From Emiliania huxleyi CCMP1516 (Eukaryota), in contig NW_005201551.1 of assembly GCF_000372725.1 (NCBI RefSeq), positions 156,520 to 220,519 on the forward strand: a stretch of 64,000 bases of DNA, written 5' to 3'. Positions within the stretch are counted from its first letter, which is position 1. Every line of letters starts with the position of its first letter. The position numbers and the translations under genes are program-made. Below are positions 38,162 to 50,096 of the stretch, one piece after another. The notes under the pieces are model-generated. The model was not told where the DNA came from. It did no database searches and saw nothing but the letters and a program-made list of their open reading frames with translations.

Positions 38162-41100
38162 TGCCGCCGCCGCCGCCGCCACCGCCGTCACCACCCGGAC
38201 ATTGCCAAGCATGGTGCTCTAGCAATACCAACAGGCGCGCCGCTTGCTGCGCCTTCAACCCGCCACTCCCAGACCTCACCCTGCACGCTGCGTTAGACCG
38301 GGGTCCCTGCAATTGGCGCGATGGAGCCCTAACTCGATGCCCTTCCCCGCCATAGCTGGTCGAAGAAGTGCAACTGGGCCGGATGCCCCGCCTGCAGCGA
38401 CTGCTCCGCCGTCGCGAGGCAATCAACCGCCACGTGCAAAGCGCACTGCCCCTTCGAGAACTACCCGTGGGCTGTCAAGTTTGTCGCCAGGAGACCCCTA
38501 CAAGAAAGGTGCCAGTAGATACGTCCACCCCTCCTGATGCGTGTTTCAGGTGTACCTGGGCCGGCTGCAGTGGATGCTCTCCCGAATGCTCGGACTCGAG
38601 CTTGGCATCCACCCTGCCGCCTCCGTCACCCTCGCCCTCGGCGACGGGCGGCGCGTGCATGCCGCACTGCCCATTTGAGAAGCACCCATGGACCGTCAAG
38701 TGCGGATGGAAGGGCTGTAGTGGATGCGTGCCTGAGTGTGTCGCTCCTCCCTCCCCACCCCCCTCATCCTCACCTGCGCCGCCACCCCCCTCGCCCACAC
38801 CGCCTCCGTCGGCCTCCCCAACGCCACCACCATCACCCTCGTCGCCACCACCGTCACCCTCGTCGCCACCACCACCGCCCTCGTCACCGCCGCCGTCGCC
38901 AGGACCAGCGCCTCCCCCGCCGTCTGCCTCGCCGACTCCACCGTTGCCATCACTACCACCGCCGCCTTCGCCGCCTCTGCCCTCACCGATGCCCTCACCA
39001 CCACCACCCTCGCCCTCTCCGCCACCACCCTCACCCGTGCCGCCGCCGCCGCCGCTGGCGCCACCACCCTCGGCATTACCTTCACCCCCACCACTGCCCT
39101 CGCCGCCTCCGCACACCTCCCCGTCGCCACCGCCCCCATCCGCCTCCCCTTCCCCACCGCCCTCCGCCTCGCCGTTGCCTCCGCCTTCTGCATCCCCGAT
39201 GCCACCCTCCGCGTCACCGTCTCCACCGCCACCCAGCCCGGCGCCACCGTCTCCATCGCCTCCATCGCCGTCACCGCCCCCACCAACGCCCGCATACCCG
39301 GTTCAAATGTCGCCACCTCCATCAACGCCTCCCGTGGTCGTCGCTGACGACGATCTTGTGATGTGCTGCTTTGCCATGATTGCGAGCTGCCTGGCTTGCT
39401 CTGCCGGCGTGAGCGTGAGCGAGTACTGTGAGTCGAACCCAAAGGTTGATGGTTGCGAGGAGGCTTCTCCGCCGCCGTCGCCCAACCCGCCGGCATCGAT
39501 GAGCTGCAGCATTCCCGTCTCCACGCGGCCTCAAGAGTACTGCGCTGATCGGCCTCCGCTATGGCAAGGGGTTAAGCAAGGGGGCACGGCGGCGTGTAAG
39601 AAGTACTGCGAGGGCTTTCCCGGCTGCAAGTTCTTTGCGTCGTGGGCGGCAACCAGCTGGTGCTCGATACGCAGCGGACCGGGCGCTGGTGCGGGCTTCC
39701 CAGCTCTCTTTCAAAGCACCCTCTGCGAACAGGTGCCGGCTGGTCGCAAGCTGCGACCGGGTGTGGGAGTCGTCGACGGACGACATCGTCGCAATGGGAT
39801 GCGCGCTGGTCGCGCCTCGAGAGCCTCCGCCGCCCCCGTCGCTGCCACCGCCACCCGCAGACCCACCAGTCGAGTCCCCGTCACAGCCTCCACAACCGCC
39901 GCCCGGGCCCCCGCCTTCCCCGATGAACCTCCGCAACATCTTTTGGATCATCGCCGATGACCTCCGACCGCAGCTCGGCGTGTACGGCTCTCCGGAGATC
40001 AAGTCGCCCAACATCGACGCGCTGGCGGCCGACAGCACCCTCTTCGAGCGAGCGTACTGCCAGGTGCAGCCGCCCTCGATAGAGAAATGTGGCCCGTTGT
40101 GGACGCGGTTCATTGACCTCTGCTTGCACATGACGTGTGGAGTGGCAGGGCGCTTCCGTGGCTTTTGGTGAGGAGACCTCTACCTTTCGCCAACCATAGG
40201 TGCCCACTTGCGGTGCCTCGCGCGCGAGCATGTTGACTGGGCTGTATGCATCGCCGACCCGCTTCATCAACTTCAACACTCGCGCGGACCAGGACGCGGC
40301 CAACGTGCCAGATGTGGCGAAAACATTTCGGATGGCCGGGTGCAGCGCGTGGCGACAGGGTCACAGCATGGGCGAGACGTGATTGCCGCGACTCTGCGAT
40401 AGGTACAAGGCCATCTCCAACGGCAAGATCTACCACCACAGTGGCGACAACAAGGAGTCGTGGGACGAGGTCTGCGGTCACGACGCTGGCAGCATCGACG
40501 GACTGCCTTGTAACTACACCGCACGGCCAGGCTCGATGTGCTGGTGTGAGCTTCAGTCTGAGACAGCCATTGCCAAAAGCCGTTCCCTACGGCCCTCTTG
40601 CACCCCACTGTATCGTCTCCCTTCGAGTCCGCCCATTTCCTCCGGCCCTGGATTCAATTAACCCCCCCCCCTTTTCAACCAAGGCCCCCCCCCCCCCCCC
40701 TTTCCCCAACAGCATCTGGCCACAGAGAGGCCAAACCCGCAAGGGGCTCGCCAAGGCTACGGTCTGCCCTGCATTCGTGTCGGGTGGATTGATATGTAGC
40801 ACCTGTTCACAGCGAACACTGTAAGTAGGCCAACTCGGATGGATCGTTGGAGAACGAGCGGGAGAGTGGCAAGCAACTTCGGGCATACGTCAAGACACTG
40901 CAGGGCAGCGCACGCTTTCAGGCATGCCTCTGGTGCGAATCTCGCCGACATCTCGACAATCTCGGTTCAGCGTCAGCTTTGATCGTATCAGGCGAACGGA
41001 CAGGGCCAGTGCTTTGGGTGTGGCTGGCCCGCATGGAGTGGGACCGACGTGCACGACGACGGCCTTGTCGAGCGCGGCTACCCCGACGGCAAGATGGTTG

Positions 41101-42044
41101 TCAAGATCTTCAACGACCTCCGGGTCGCAAAAGTGGAGGCAAAGCCCTTCTTCATCACGTGCGGCTTCGTGCGGCCGCACCTTCCCTTTGTTGCGCCGCT
41201 AAGGGATTGGGAGGCGTACGAGAGGGCCGATGTTCAAGTGCCGCCGTGGGGCAACAACCGCATCGCCGAGGGGGCGCCCCCACGGGCACTGCACTACCGC
41301 GAGCTCGGCGTCTACGACGTTGGCACGAACCCCGTGACGGACAACTCAGGAGGGTACCTCATGCCCGAGTACGGGCTGGGCAATCCGCTCTCGGAGGAGA
41401 TCTCGCGCTCGCTTGTGCATGGCTACTACGCGACGGTAACCTACGTTGACCGGCTCGTTGGGCACGTCATTGGCGAACTCAAGTCACTCGAAATGTACGA
41501 CGAGACGATCATCGTCTTCAACAGTGACCACGGCTATCAGCTGGGCGAGCACGGCACGTGGTGCAAACACTCACTTTTCGAGACGTCGCTGCGCATCCCG
41601 CTCTTCATCAAGGCGCCGGGCATCGCCCCGTCGCGCGTGCCGGCGCTCGTGGAAAATGTCGACATATACCCCACCCTGCTCGACCTCGTCGGGATCGCAG
41701 CGCCACCGCACCTCCACGGCAAGAGTCTCGTTCCAGTCATGCGCGATCCCAGCGCACCCCACAAGGGCCCCGTCTTTGCCCGCTACCGCGACGGCGACTC
41801 GGTGCGCTTTCCGGACCTCGCGTACAGCGAGTATTGCCTGCGGAACTGTTGGTCTCCCGAGACCTGCTCTCAATACTGCGCGACTCCGCACCCCACCGAC
41901 CGCATGCTCTACGACCATACAATCGACCCCAACGAGGACCTCAACCGATGGAACACAGGGTGGAACCGATCGCAATACGCCGGGCAGATCCACGAGATGC
42001 GTGCCGCGCTCGACAGGCACCGGCGCGAGAGGGATCGCGCATAG
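37718..42044 (+). CDS. Cys-rich / Pro-rich (extensin-like) stalk fused to an iduronate-2-sulfatase-like S1 sulfatase, multi-exon
   Basis: 'NIFWIIADDLRP...SPNIDALA...FERAYCQ|VPTCGASRASMLTG', 'GFVRPHLPF' and 'SDHGYQLGEHGTWCKHSLFE'. A Pro-rich tract is in frame directly upstream. 5' extent uncertain. Confidence 0.8.
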
Positions 42045-42179
42045 CGCTTCGATCGGCGGCCGCTAGGAGAGAATATCTGGCCGAGAAGTCGTGCTTGGAG
42101 CTGTCAGTTTTCTTGTGGGGTGGGCAGGAACTCAAACTCTTGCGGGAGGCGGGGCGGGGAGGGGGGGGGGGTGCGCTTT

Positions 42180-42379
42180 GCGGATTGGTAGAGCTCAATC
42201 TTTTCAAGGAGGGGGCCGCCCCGAGCTTGAAGGCGCGAGACGCCCCCCCCTCGCCACTCGCCCCTCCCCCGCCCAATGCTCATAGCTCCTCCCCTCGCGT
42301 GCAGACGCTCGTCGTGGGCAACAAGGAGCAGCCTGAGCTGATGCCCGTGTGCGAGGAGCGCGGCATCAAGCTGTGCTGA
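42180..42379 (+). pseudogene. 3' fragment of a third HET-LRR family member
   Basis: 'KEGAAPSLK|intron|TLVVGNKEQPELMPVCEERGIKLC*' is homologous to the ends of the genes at 2186 and 60305, including the GC-AG intron. Confidence 0.8.
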
Positions 42380-42934
42380 GCCTCTCCAGCCGCGAGCGGC
42401 AACCAAGACCCTCGACGGGCGGCCCGCGGCAGAGTCCAGAGAGAGCTGGGGCCAGCGCGCGCAGCGGTCTCTATGGGGCTTATGCACATGCACATATACC
42501 GCTGAAGTGTTCGTCTCTGAGACCGAGAGAGGCTGATTCCGCTGGGAGTGCGTAATTTCTTTCGGTTGCCTCGATTTTAAAGCCCGCCCCGCGTGCTCGA
42601 TGCGCGTGAAGCCGTACACATGAGAGAGAGAGAGCGCGCGTAGGGCCCTTAATTAGGGGCCTAGAGAACACAAGTCACAACCCCCTCTCCCTTTTCTCCC
42701 AGTGTAAGCCGCAAAGCGTAAAGCTAAAGGTACCCGCCCCTGGGGGGCCCATTCTTCATACCCATGGGGGATTTTCCCCCAAACGGGACAGTACATGCCC
42801 CCCTGATGGGCATGGCATTTCCAGCAAGCCCCCCCCCCCCCCCCCCCAGCGTATGGGGCCATATCTTGAGAGATCCCCGCTGCGCTGCGCTCTCCTGGAG
42901 CGGACTGCCGACGCGACTAGCCTGCTCAACGCCT

Positions 42935-44550
42935 TCAGATGTCGCCGACAAACTCGGCGCCCTCCTTGGAGCGCTGCAGCCACTTTGCACAGTTGAGCGC
43001 CGTCGGCACGACGATGACGGCGCCCGCGGCGGCGCCGAGCAGTTCGTCGGAGACCTGGACGCCCGCGACGAGCGCGGGCAGGTACTTCGCGGCGTAGGCG
43101 AGGCCGCCCGAGAGCGCGAGCAGCTTTGCGAGGAAGGCGGCGTTGCCGTCCGCCGCCCACGCCTCGCCCAAGTCCTCCCACCCGACCAGTGCGGCGGCCT
43201 GCGACGGCGGCGGCGCAGCGGAAGCGGAAGCGGCGGCGGAAGCGGCGGCGGAAGCGGCGGCGGAAGCGGCGGCGGAAGCGGCGGCGGAAGCGGCGGCGGC
43301 AGAGGAGGCGGCGGACTCATCGGACGCTGGTGCAGACGCGGCGCCACCTTCTGATGGCGACTCGCCCCGGGCGGATGCTAGGAGGGCCGCCCAGGCGGCA
43401 GCTGCCTCGTCTGCGCCCGCCTGCCATGTCCAGCCACTGGCGAGTGCGAGGCGGAGGCAGGCGAGCGCCAGCGTGGTGTTGCCGACACACGTCATCGCCG
43501 CCTGCAGGAGATATGGGGAGATAAAGGGAGATGGGGGGAGAAAGGGGGAGAAAGGGGGAGATATGGGGAGATATGGGGAGATGCGGTATCGCCGCCTGCA
43601 GCGTGACGCACCACGCGATGGCGGGCGCCTGCAGGAGATATGGGGAGATATGGGGAGAGGTGGGGAGATGTGGGGAGAGATGGGGAGACGGCGGGCGCGT
43701 TGTAGAAGAGGTGGTACGTGCACGCGACAATCCCCGACGTGTGGAGCGGCAGCATGCCCCAGGTGACGCCTTTATTAATTAACGAGCGTTAATAATTACC
43801 ATTGCATTAATTAACGAGGCGCAGCATGCCCCACGTGACGCCTCTCCACCTGGGTTGTGCCACCGCGTCGGCGTACCGCCAGGCGAGCCCCATCGCCACA
43901 AGCCACTCCACCAGCGACGAGGTGTGAATGACCCACGTGGGCATCGACAGCGCGTTGGACGGCTCCGCGGGCCAAAGCCCGGCGGGCGCGTTGCCGATCC
44001 CGCCCAGCCAAGGCGTGTGCACCGAAGCCCCGCCGGAGGCAAAGACCGCCACCGCCGACAGCGCCGAGAGGGAACCGAGCGCGGTGGCGGCAGCGCGGAG
44101 CGACGCTTCGTCCGCCGCCGGAGCGCGCACGCCCTTCTCCTCCACGTCGATCGCGTCCCGAAACCCGAAGACGACGACGCAGTTGGTGATGGCGAGCAAC
44201 GACTCGGCCGATCCATGCAGCCAATCGGCGTCGGCGAGGCTGACGCCGAAGAGGGCACCAGCGCCAATCGCCGCCGGGATGGAGCCGAAGACGAAGGCCA
44301 GCAGGAAGGTGAGGCCAAATGTCACTCCCGGAGGCGCGCCAACCGTCGGGTGCTTTAGCCAGTACAGCATCGCCAGCCACGGAAAGAGCGAGGCGCCAAA
44401 CAGAGATCCGGCAAGCTCGTCAGCGGTCGAGGAGAGGGCTCCGCCGCCGTCGGCTAGCAGGAGGAGCTCTGGCGCGGCCAGCGTCACAGGGCCGGCACGC
44501 AACGGTGAGGTACTTGCCGGGCCAAGCCGAGGGAGCAACGGAGTGAGCAT
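42935..44550 (-). CDS. Ycf49-like membrane protein (DUF3593 + DUF2499); introns at 43770-43841, 43629-43698, 43502-43595
   Basis: 'LFGASLFPWLAMLYWL...DWLHGSAESLLAITN' and 'NALSMPTWVIHTSSLVEWLVAM'. The spliced product reads 'GMLPLHTSGIVACTYHLFYNAPAIAWCVTLQAAMTCVGN'. Confidence 0.88.
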
Positions 44551-44636
44551 GTGCTGCCGATGTGATGTCTCGAGGTCTCGGGATATCGGCTGGGAAAAAA
44601 GAAAAAGCGATGTTGTCCGTTTTCCTTCCTTCTTTT

Positions 44637-44693
44637 TCGAGGTTCTCGAGGTGGATATCCTTTGGCCGCGTTGGGTAGCGAGGATTGGTGTGA
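44637..44693 (-). mobile_element. Repeat family B, shortest copy
   Basis: Same terminal sequence as 9696, 22961 and 61620. Confidence 0.8.
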
Positions 44694-44944
44694 GGCTGAC
44701 TAGCTTTTGGTTGAAATAAAATGTCTGCGCTCCCGTAGTTCGCACTCGTTCCTCTGCGAGTCAACGCACAACGGACCGCAAGGCGCGAGACACACACAAC
44801 ACCCGTACTCTCCCGCACCATCTCCGTCGCTCGGTTGCTCAGCCATACCACCTCAGGGAGGCGGCCAGGGCTCTACATAGACTCGCTCGGTCGAAAGAGC
44901 CCCAGACAGATTGGCACCCATGCCTCTCTCTACATGTACATCTT

Positions 44945-45259
44945 TGTTTGATAGGCAGGCGAAACACAGTCCGACCAACGACTGGGACACCACCGCGGTA
45001 TGGGTGGACGCGGGACGGGCGGTGACGGTCACACAGGTGCGACACACAGAACCACAAGACAAGACACTCAGCCAACGTTGCTGCCACACCCATCCTGAGC
45101 GGACTCCCTAGTCACCCGCGGCCGGACTCCATCCGACACGCGTTGCTGGGCGCTCAGAGCCGCGTCCCCTGGCTCGCCACCCCGACGCTCAAGGCGCCCG
45201 AGTCGAACGACAGGCGGCACGCGAAGACTGGTTGCAATCCCGCCGACCGCCAGGCCGCG
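44945..45259 (-). mobile_element. Family D LINE-like 3' end
   Basis: Near-identical to 35650-35966. Confidence 0.75.
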
Positions 45260-45922
45260 AGGGGGGGGTCAAGTATGGTACCCTAGACCGGCCTGAACGA
45301 GGCGCAATTCGATGATATGCGGGACGTTTACGGGATTCAGCTCGCCCACGAGGACAAGTGTGCCATTCTTTTGGATCGGGCAGACCGCTTCGAGGCACTT
45401 GAGCACTTGAGCACTGGATAGGGTCGATTCCGCATGGTACGGGACCCCGTATTACAGGCGTAAGGCGGAGCTCCTCCAGATCTACCGCGACTGGGACAGT
45501 GCCGAGGTGGCACACACAGCACAACCGCATCCTCGATGAGTTTCAGCGACGCTCCGGTACCCTGGATGGTCGTGGGTATTATAGTGACCCATCATATGTG
45601 TATTATAGTGACCCATCTATGTGATACCAAAACAGGGCCGCGGGGGGCGTTGCTGGGGGGCCGCTAGAGAGGTGTCCGTTTTTATTTATTTATTTATTTT
45701 GGGGCCGCTGGAGGGCCGCTAGAAGGTTGCGGCGACGGCGGCGGCGGCTACGGCGGCGACGCCAACACAAAACCCCGGCGGCACCTCCGCCGCCGTCTCC
45801 GGCGACGTCGGCCGAGGCGGCGGCGGCAGGAGCCGCTTGTCGGGAGACCTCTGGTCGGCGGCCGCGGGCGCGGGGGGCGTCTGTGCTTTGCCGGCTTGTT
45901 GCGCGGCGGCCGCCCGGCGGCG

Positions 45923-45957
<35 letters not shown>

Positions 45958-46729
45958 ATCGTTGCCGACGTGTCGCATCTTTGCCGGCAGAGGCGCGGGC
46001 GGCTGCACTGTGGGGGGGGTACCGAGCAGTGCACGGCCGCTCCCCTGCTGTGATACACGAGACCCAGGTCCACGCACCCTCCATTTGCATAACCCGCGCC
46101 CCAAAACATCAAGACATGCCAGCCCCCTGCTCTCCACGGTGGTCATTGACACACACGTCACATGGTCACCCCCGCCCTAGCGATATGTCCACCGGGCGCC
46201 GCTCCAACAGCACATCGAGCCGCCCGCCGCCCGCCCCGCCAGTGCTCGCGCTCACCTCGCAGACGCGCGCGGCGACCCTCCGCCCTCGCTGCCCTCCCGC
46301 TGCGAGTCCTGCAGCAGCGCCGTCCCCTGAGGAAAGGAAGGCACGGTGAGGCAAGGTGAGGGAAGGGAAGGTGAGGCAAGGCAAGGGAAGCTTCTCCACA
46401 CACACGAGGTGGTGGGGCAAGCGCGGCATTGGAAGTGCAAGGCCCGGTGCGCGTGGGTGGGCGGTGTGAGCGGTGTGAGCGGTGTGCGAGTGAGTGATTG
46501 TCTCTGCGTCTGTGTGCTGTGTGCCTCGCCGCCCTCCTCGTCCTCCTCCGATGGAACCTCGGTGTACGAAGGGCCAAACAGCGGCAGCCGAGACCACTGG
46601 CAGAGCAGCGCCTAAAAACGAGTCAACGCGGCCTTACGGGACATGGATCAGCGGCAGCCGAGACCACTCGCAGAGCAGCGCCGCGCACGCGCAGTCGACG
46701 GCCGCGCCGCACGCGCCACGCCGCCGCAC

Positions 46730-49700
46730 CTAGTTAAATTTAATCCGCGATTCGCCGCGCCGAACTCTGAACTGGCCGCACGCGCCGCGCCGCCGCCGCA
46801 CCCACGCCGAAGTCTCGTCGACGACGAGGCAGAGGCAGACGGCGGAGACGATCGCGAGGCAGCCGCCTGATATGGGGAGATGTGGGGAGATGCGGGGAGA
46901 TGCGGGGAGGTATGGGGAGGTATGGGGAGAGATGAGCTGGCCGCTCTCTGGGGATTCGGCATCTGGAGACGTGGGGAGATATGGGGAGGTATGGGGAGGT
47001 ATGGGGAGATGTGGGGAGGTATGGGGAGATATGGGGAGGTATGGGGAGGTATGGGGAGATGTGGGGAGGTATGGGGAGATATGGGGAGGTATGGGGAGAT
47101 ATGGGGAGATGTGGGGAGACGTGGGGAGATATGGGGAGGTATGGGGAGGGATGCAGATTCGTCATCTACACAAGCGCCGGTGGAGACCATCAACGTCTCC
47201 ATCCCCGCCTCCTCGAGCAGCCACCCGCCAACCACAGGCCCAAAGACCTACACGTATGAGTCGCTCCTCGCTGGAACCAGCTATGAATCAGCGGCCAGCC
47301 GCCCGCCGCCGGCCCGAAGACCTGCCCGAACCGGTCGATGGAGCCGGCCAGGCCCTGCATCACCCCTTGCTCCACCGGCACGTGCCTGCGGGAGGTTGCG
47401 GGAGATTGCGGGAGATTGCGGGAGGTTGCGGGAGGTTGCGGGAGGTTGCGGGAGGTTGCGGGAGATTGCGGGAGGTTGCGGGAGGTTGCGGGAGGTTGCG
47501 GGAGGTTGCGGGAGGTTGCGGGAGATTGCGGGAGATGTGGCCGGGGGGTTTTGTATTTGCCTCCGCCCACTAGCTCCCGGCTGTCTCTCGGCGGCATCTC
47601 GGCGGCATCTGGAGCATCTCGGCTGCATCTCAGCTGCATCTCGGCTGCCTCCCGGCTGCCTCTCGGCTGCCTCCCAGCTGCTTCCCGGCTGTGTCTCTCG
47701 GCTGCCTCTCGGCTGCATCTCGGCTGCATCTCGTCTGCCTCTCGGCTGCCTCTCGTCTGCATCTCGGCTGCATCTCGGCTGCATCTCGGCTGCATCTCGG
47801 CTGCATCTCGGCTGCATCTCGTCTGCATCTCGGCTGCATCTCACGAGAAGAGCGTCGAGATGCACGGCACGGCCAGCCCGTACCCCAGCGAGATGAGTCC
47901 GAGGCAGGGGACGAGGGAGGCGACCTAATTAATTAACTAGGCGCCCCCTCTTAATTCATTAGATGAGTCCGAGGCAGGGGACGAGGGAGGCGACCTAATT
48001 AATTAATTCGGCGCCCCCTCTTAATTCATTAGATGAGTCCGAGGCAGGGGACGAGGGAGGCGACCTAATTAATTAATTAGGCGCCCCCTCTTAATTCATT
48101 AGATGAGTCCGAGGCAGGGGACGAGGGAGGCGACCTAATTAATTAACTAGGCGCCCCCTCTTAATTCATTAGATGAGTCCGAGGCAGGGGACGAGGGATG
48201 CGACCTAATTAATTAATTAGGCGCCCCCTCTTAATTCATTAGATGAGTCCGAGGCAGGGGACGAGGGATGCGACCTAATGAATTAATTAGGCGCCCCCTC
48301 TTAATTCATTAGATGAGTCCGAGGCAGGGGACGAGGGAGGCGACCTAATCAATTAATTCGGCGCCCCCTCTTAATTCATTAGTTTGGCTGAGGCAGGGGA
48401 CGAGGGATGCGACCGAGGCGACGGCCGCAAGGCCCGCGTAGCCGAGCGATGTGCATGCCATGGCCAGCACGAGCGTGCGCTGCTCGCCCAGGGACCCGTT
48501 GATGACGCGCACGAGCACGCCCTGCACGAACATGCCTCCCACGCCCATCGCAGAGACGGCGAACCCAACCTGAGAGAGGGGTGTGTGGGGGGAGAGACGG
48601 GAGATATGGAGAGACGTGGCTCCCACGCCCCATCGCAGAGACGGCGAACCCAACCTGAGAGAGGGGTGTGTGGGGGGAGAGAGACGGGAGAGATGGAGAG
48701 ACATGGCTCCCACGCCCCATCGCAGAGACCGGCGAACCCAACCTGAGCGACGCGGGCGCCCCAACTGATTCATCCTTCACCCCCCCCACCCCACCCACCC
48801 ACACCCACACCTCGCAAAGACCATCTAGGCCTCGAGATAGGGGGAGATAGGGGGAGATAGGGGGAGATAGGGGGGAGATAGGGGGAGATAGGGGGAGATA
48901 GGGGGAGATAGGGGGGAGATGGGGGGAGATGGGGGGAGAGAGGGGGAGAGAGGGGGAGATAGGGGGAGAGAGGGGCACCTCCTTTGGCCCAAAGTCGAGC
49001 GCCTCCTCGCACAGGTACGGGAAGTTGGACCTAAAAAGAAGTCTACGATGCCGACACAATTCTTTTCTAGGTAAAGCACAGGTACGGGAAGTTGGACTTG
49101 TACGCCGCGAAGGCGAAGCGGAAGAAGAAGTTGAGCGCGAGCAGCGGCACCACGTTGAACTTTGCGAGGTAGCTTAGCCTGCGCGCTGAACACGCCGACA
49201 TGAGGGCGGGAAGACTTCTCGTCTACCTTGCCCAGAGCGCGCACACTAGCGCCCGCGCGCTGAGTACGCCGACATGAGGGCGGGAAAACGGTACTTGTGC
49301 AGCGTCTTCAGAGCACCGCGTGAATACGGGGGGGGGGGGGGGGGGCGACTACAGTTGAATACGGCTGAATACGGCCGAGTACGGCGGAGTGCGTGTCCTC
49401 TCGAGCGCTGGTTGGAGCACAAGAACACGTCTTCCGCTTCTAGGTGGTACGCGCAGCAGCCACAGGCTGCGCGCGCCGCGGCCACACGGCCCGCAGTTCT
49501 CGAGCACCGACGAGCCTTCGTCAAGCAGACACCCGGGGTCGGGGCGGGAGATGCCATCTCGCGCTGTGTGCTCAGATCTCCCCACACCTCCCCCCATCTC
49601 CCCCCATCTCCCCAGATCTCCCCCGATCTGGCGCAGCGTGCTCGCAGCACCGTGTGGAGACGAGGGGTGGGAGGACGGTGAGTACACTCTTGAGTACGGC

Positions 49701-50049
49701 CGAGTAGCGGCGGAGTGCGCGTGCCCTCTGGAGCGCTGGTTGGGAGACATGAATGCGTGCTCCGCCGCGAGATATGGGGAGATACGGGGAGACCTGGGGA
49801 GATATGTTTCGCTTCTAGGCCGACGATCCTCCGCCGGACGCGAGATATGGGGAGATATGGGGAGATATGGCGAGATCTGGCGAGATATGGGGAGATCTGG
49901 GGAGATATGGGGAGATCTAGGGCCGACGATCCTCCGCCGGACGCGACCTCGACGCGAACGTACTTGACGCCGTGGTCGTACTTGTGGCCGCCGGGTCGAT
50001 GCGCAACGCCAGTGCCTCCTCCTCCTCCACCACCACCACCACCGCCGCC

Positions 50050-50096
<47 letters not shown>

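Noticed and set aside
47892..48414. CRISPR-like regularly spaced array
   Set aside because: The whole 70-bp unit is repeated with no unique spacers, no cas genes are present, and the array lies in an intron of a eukaryotic gene.
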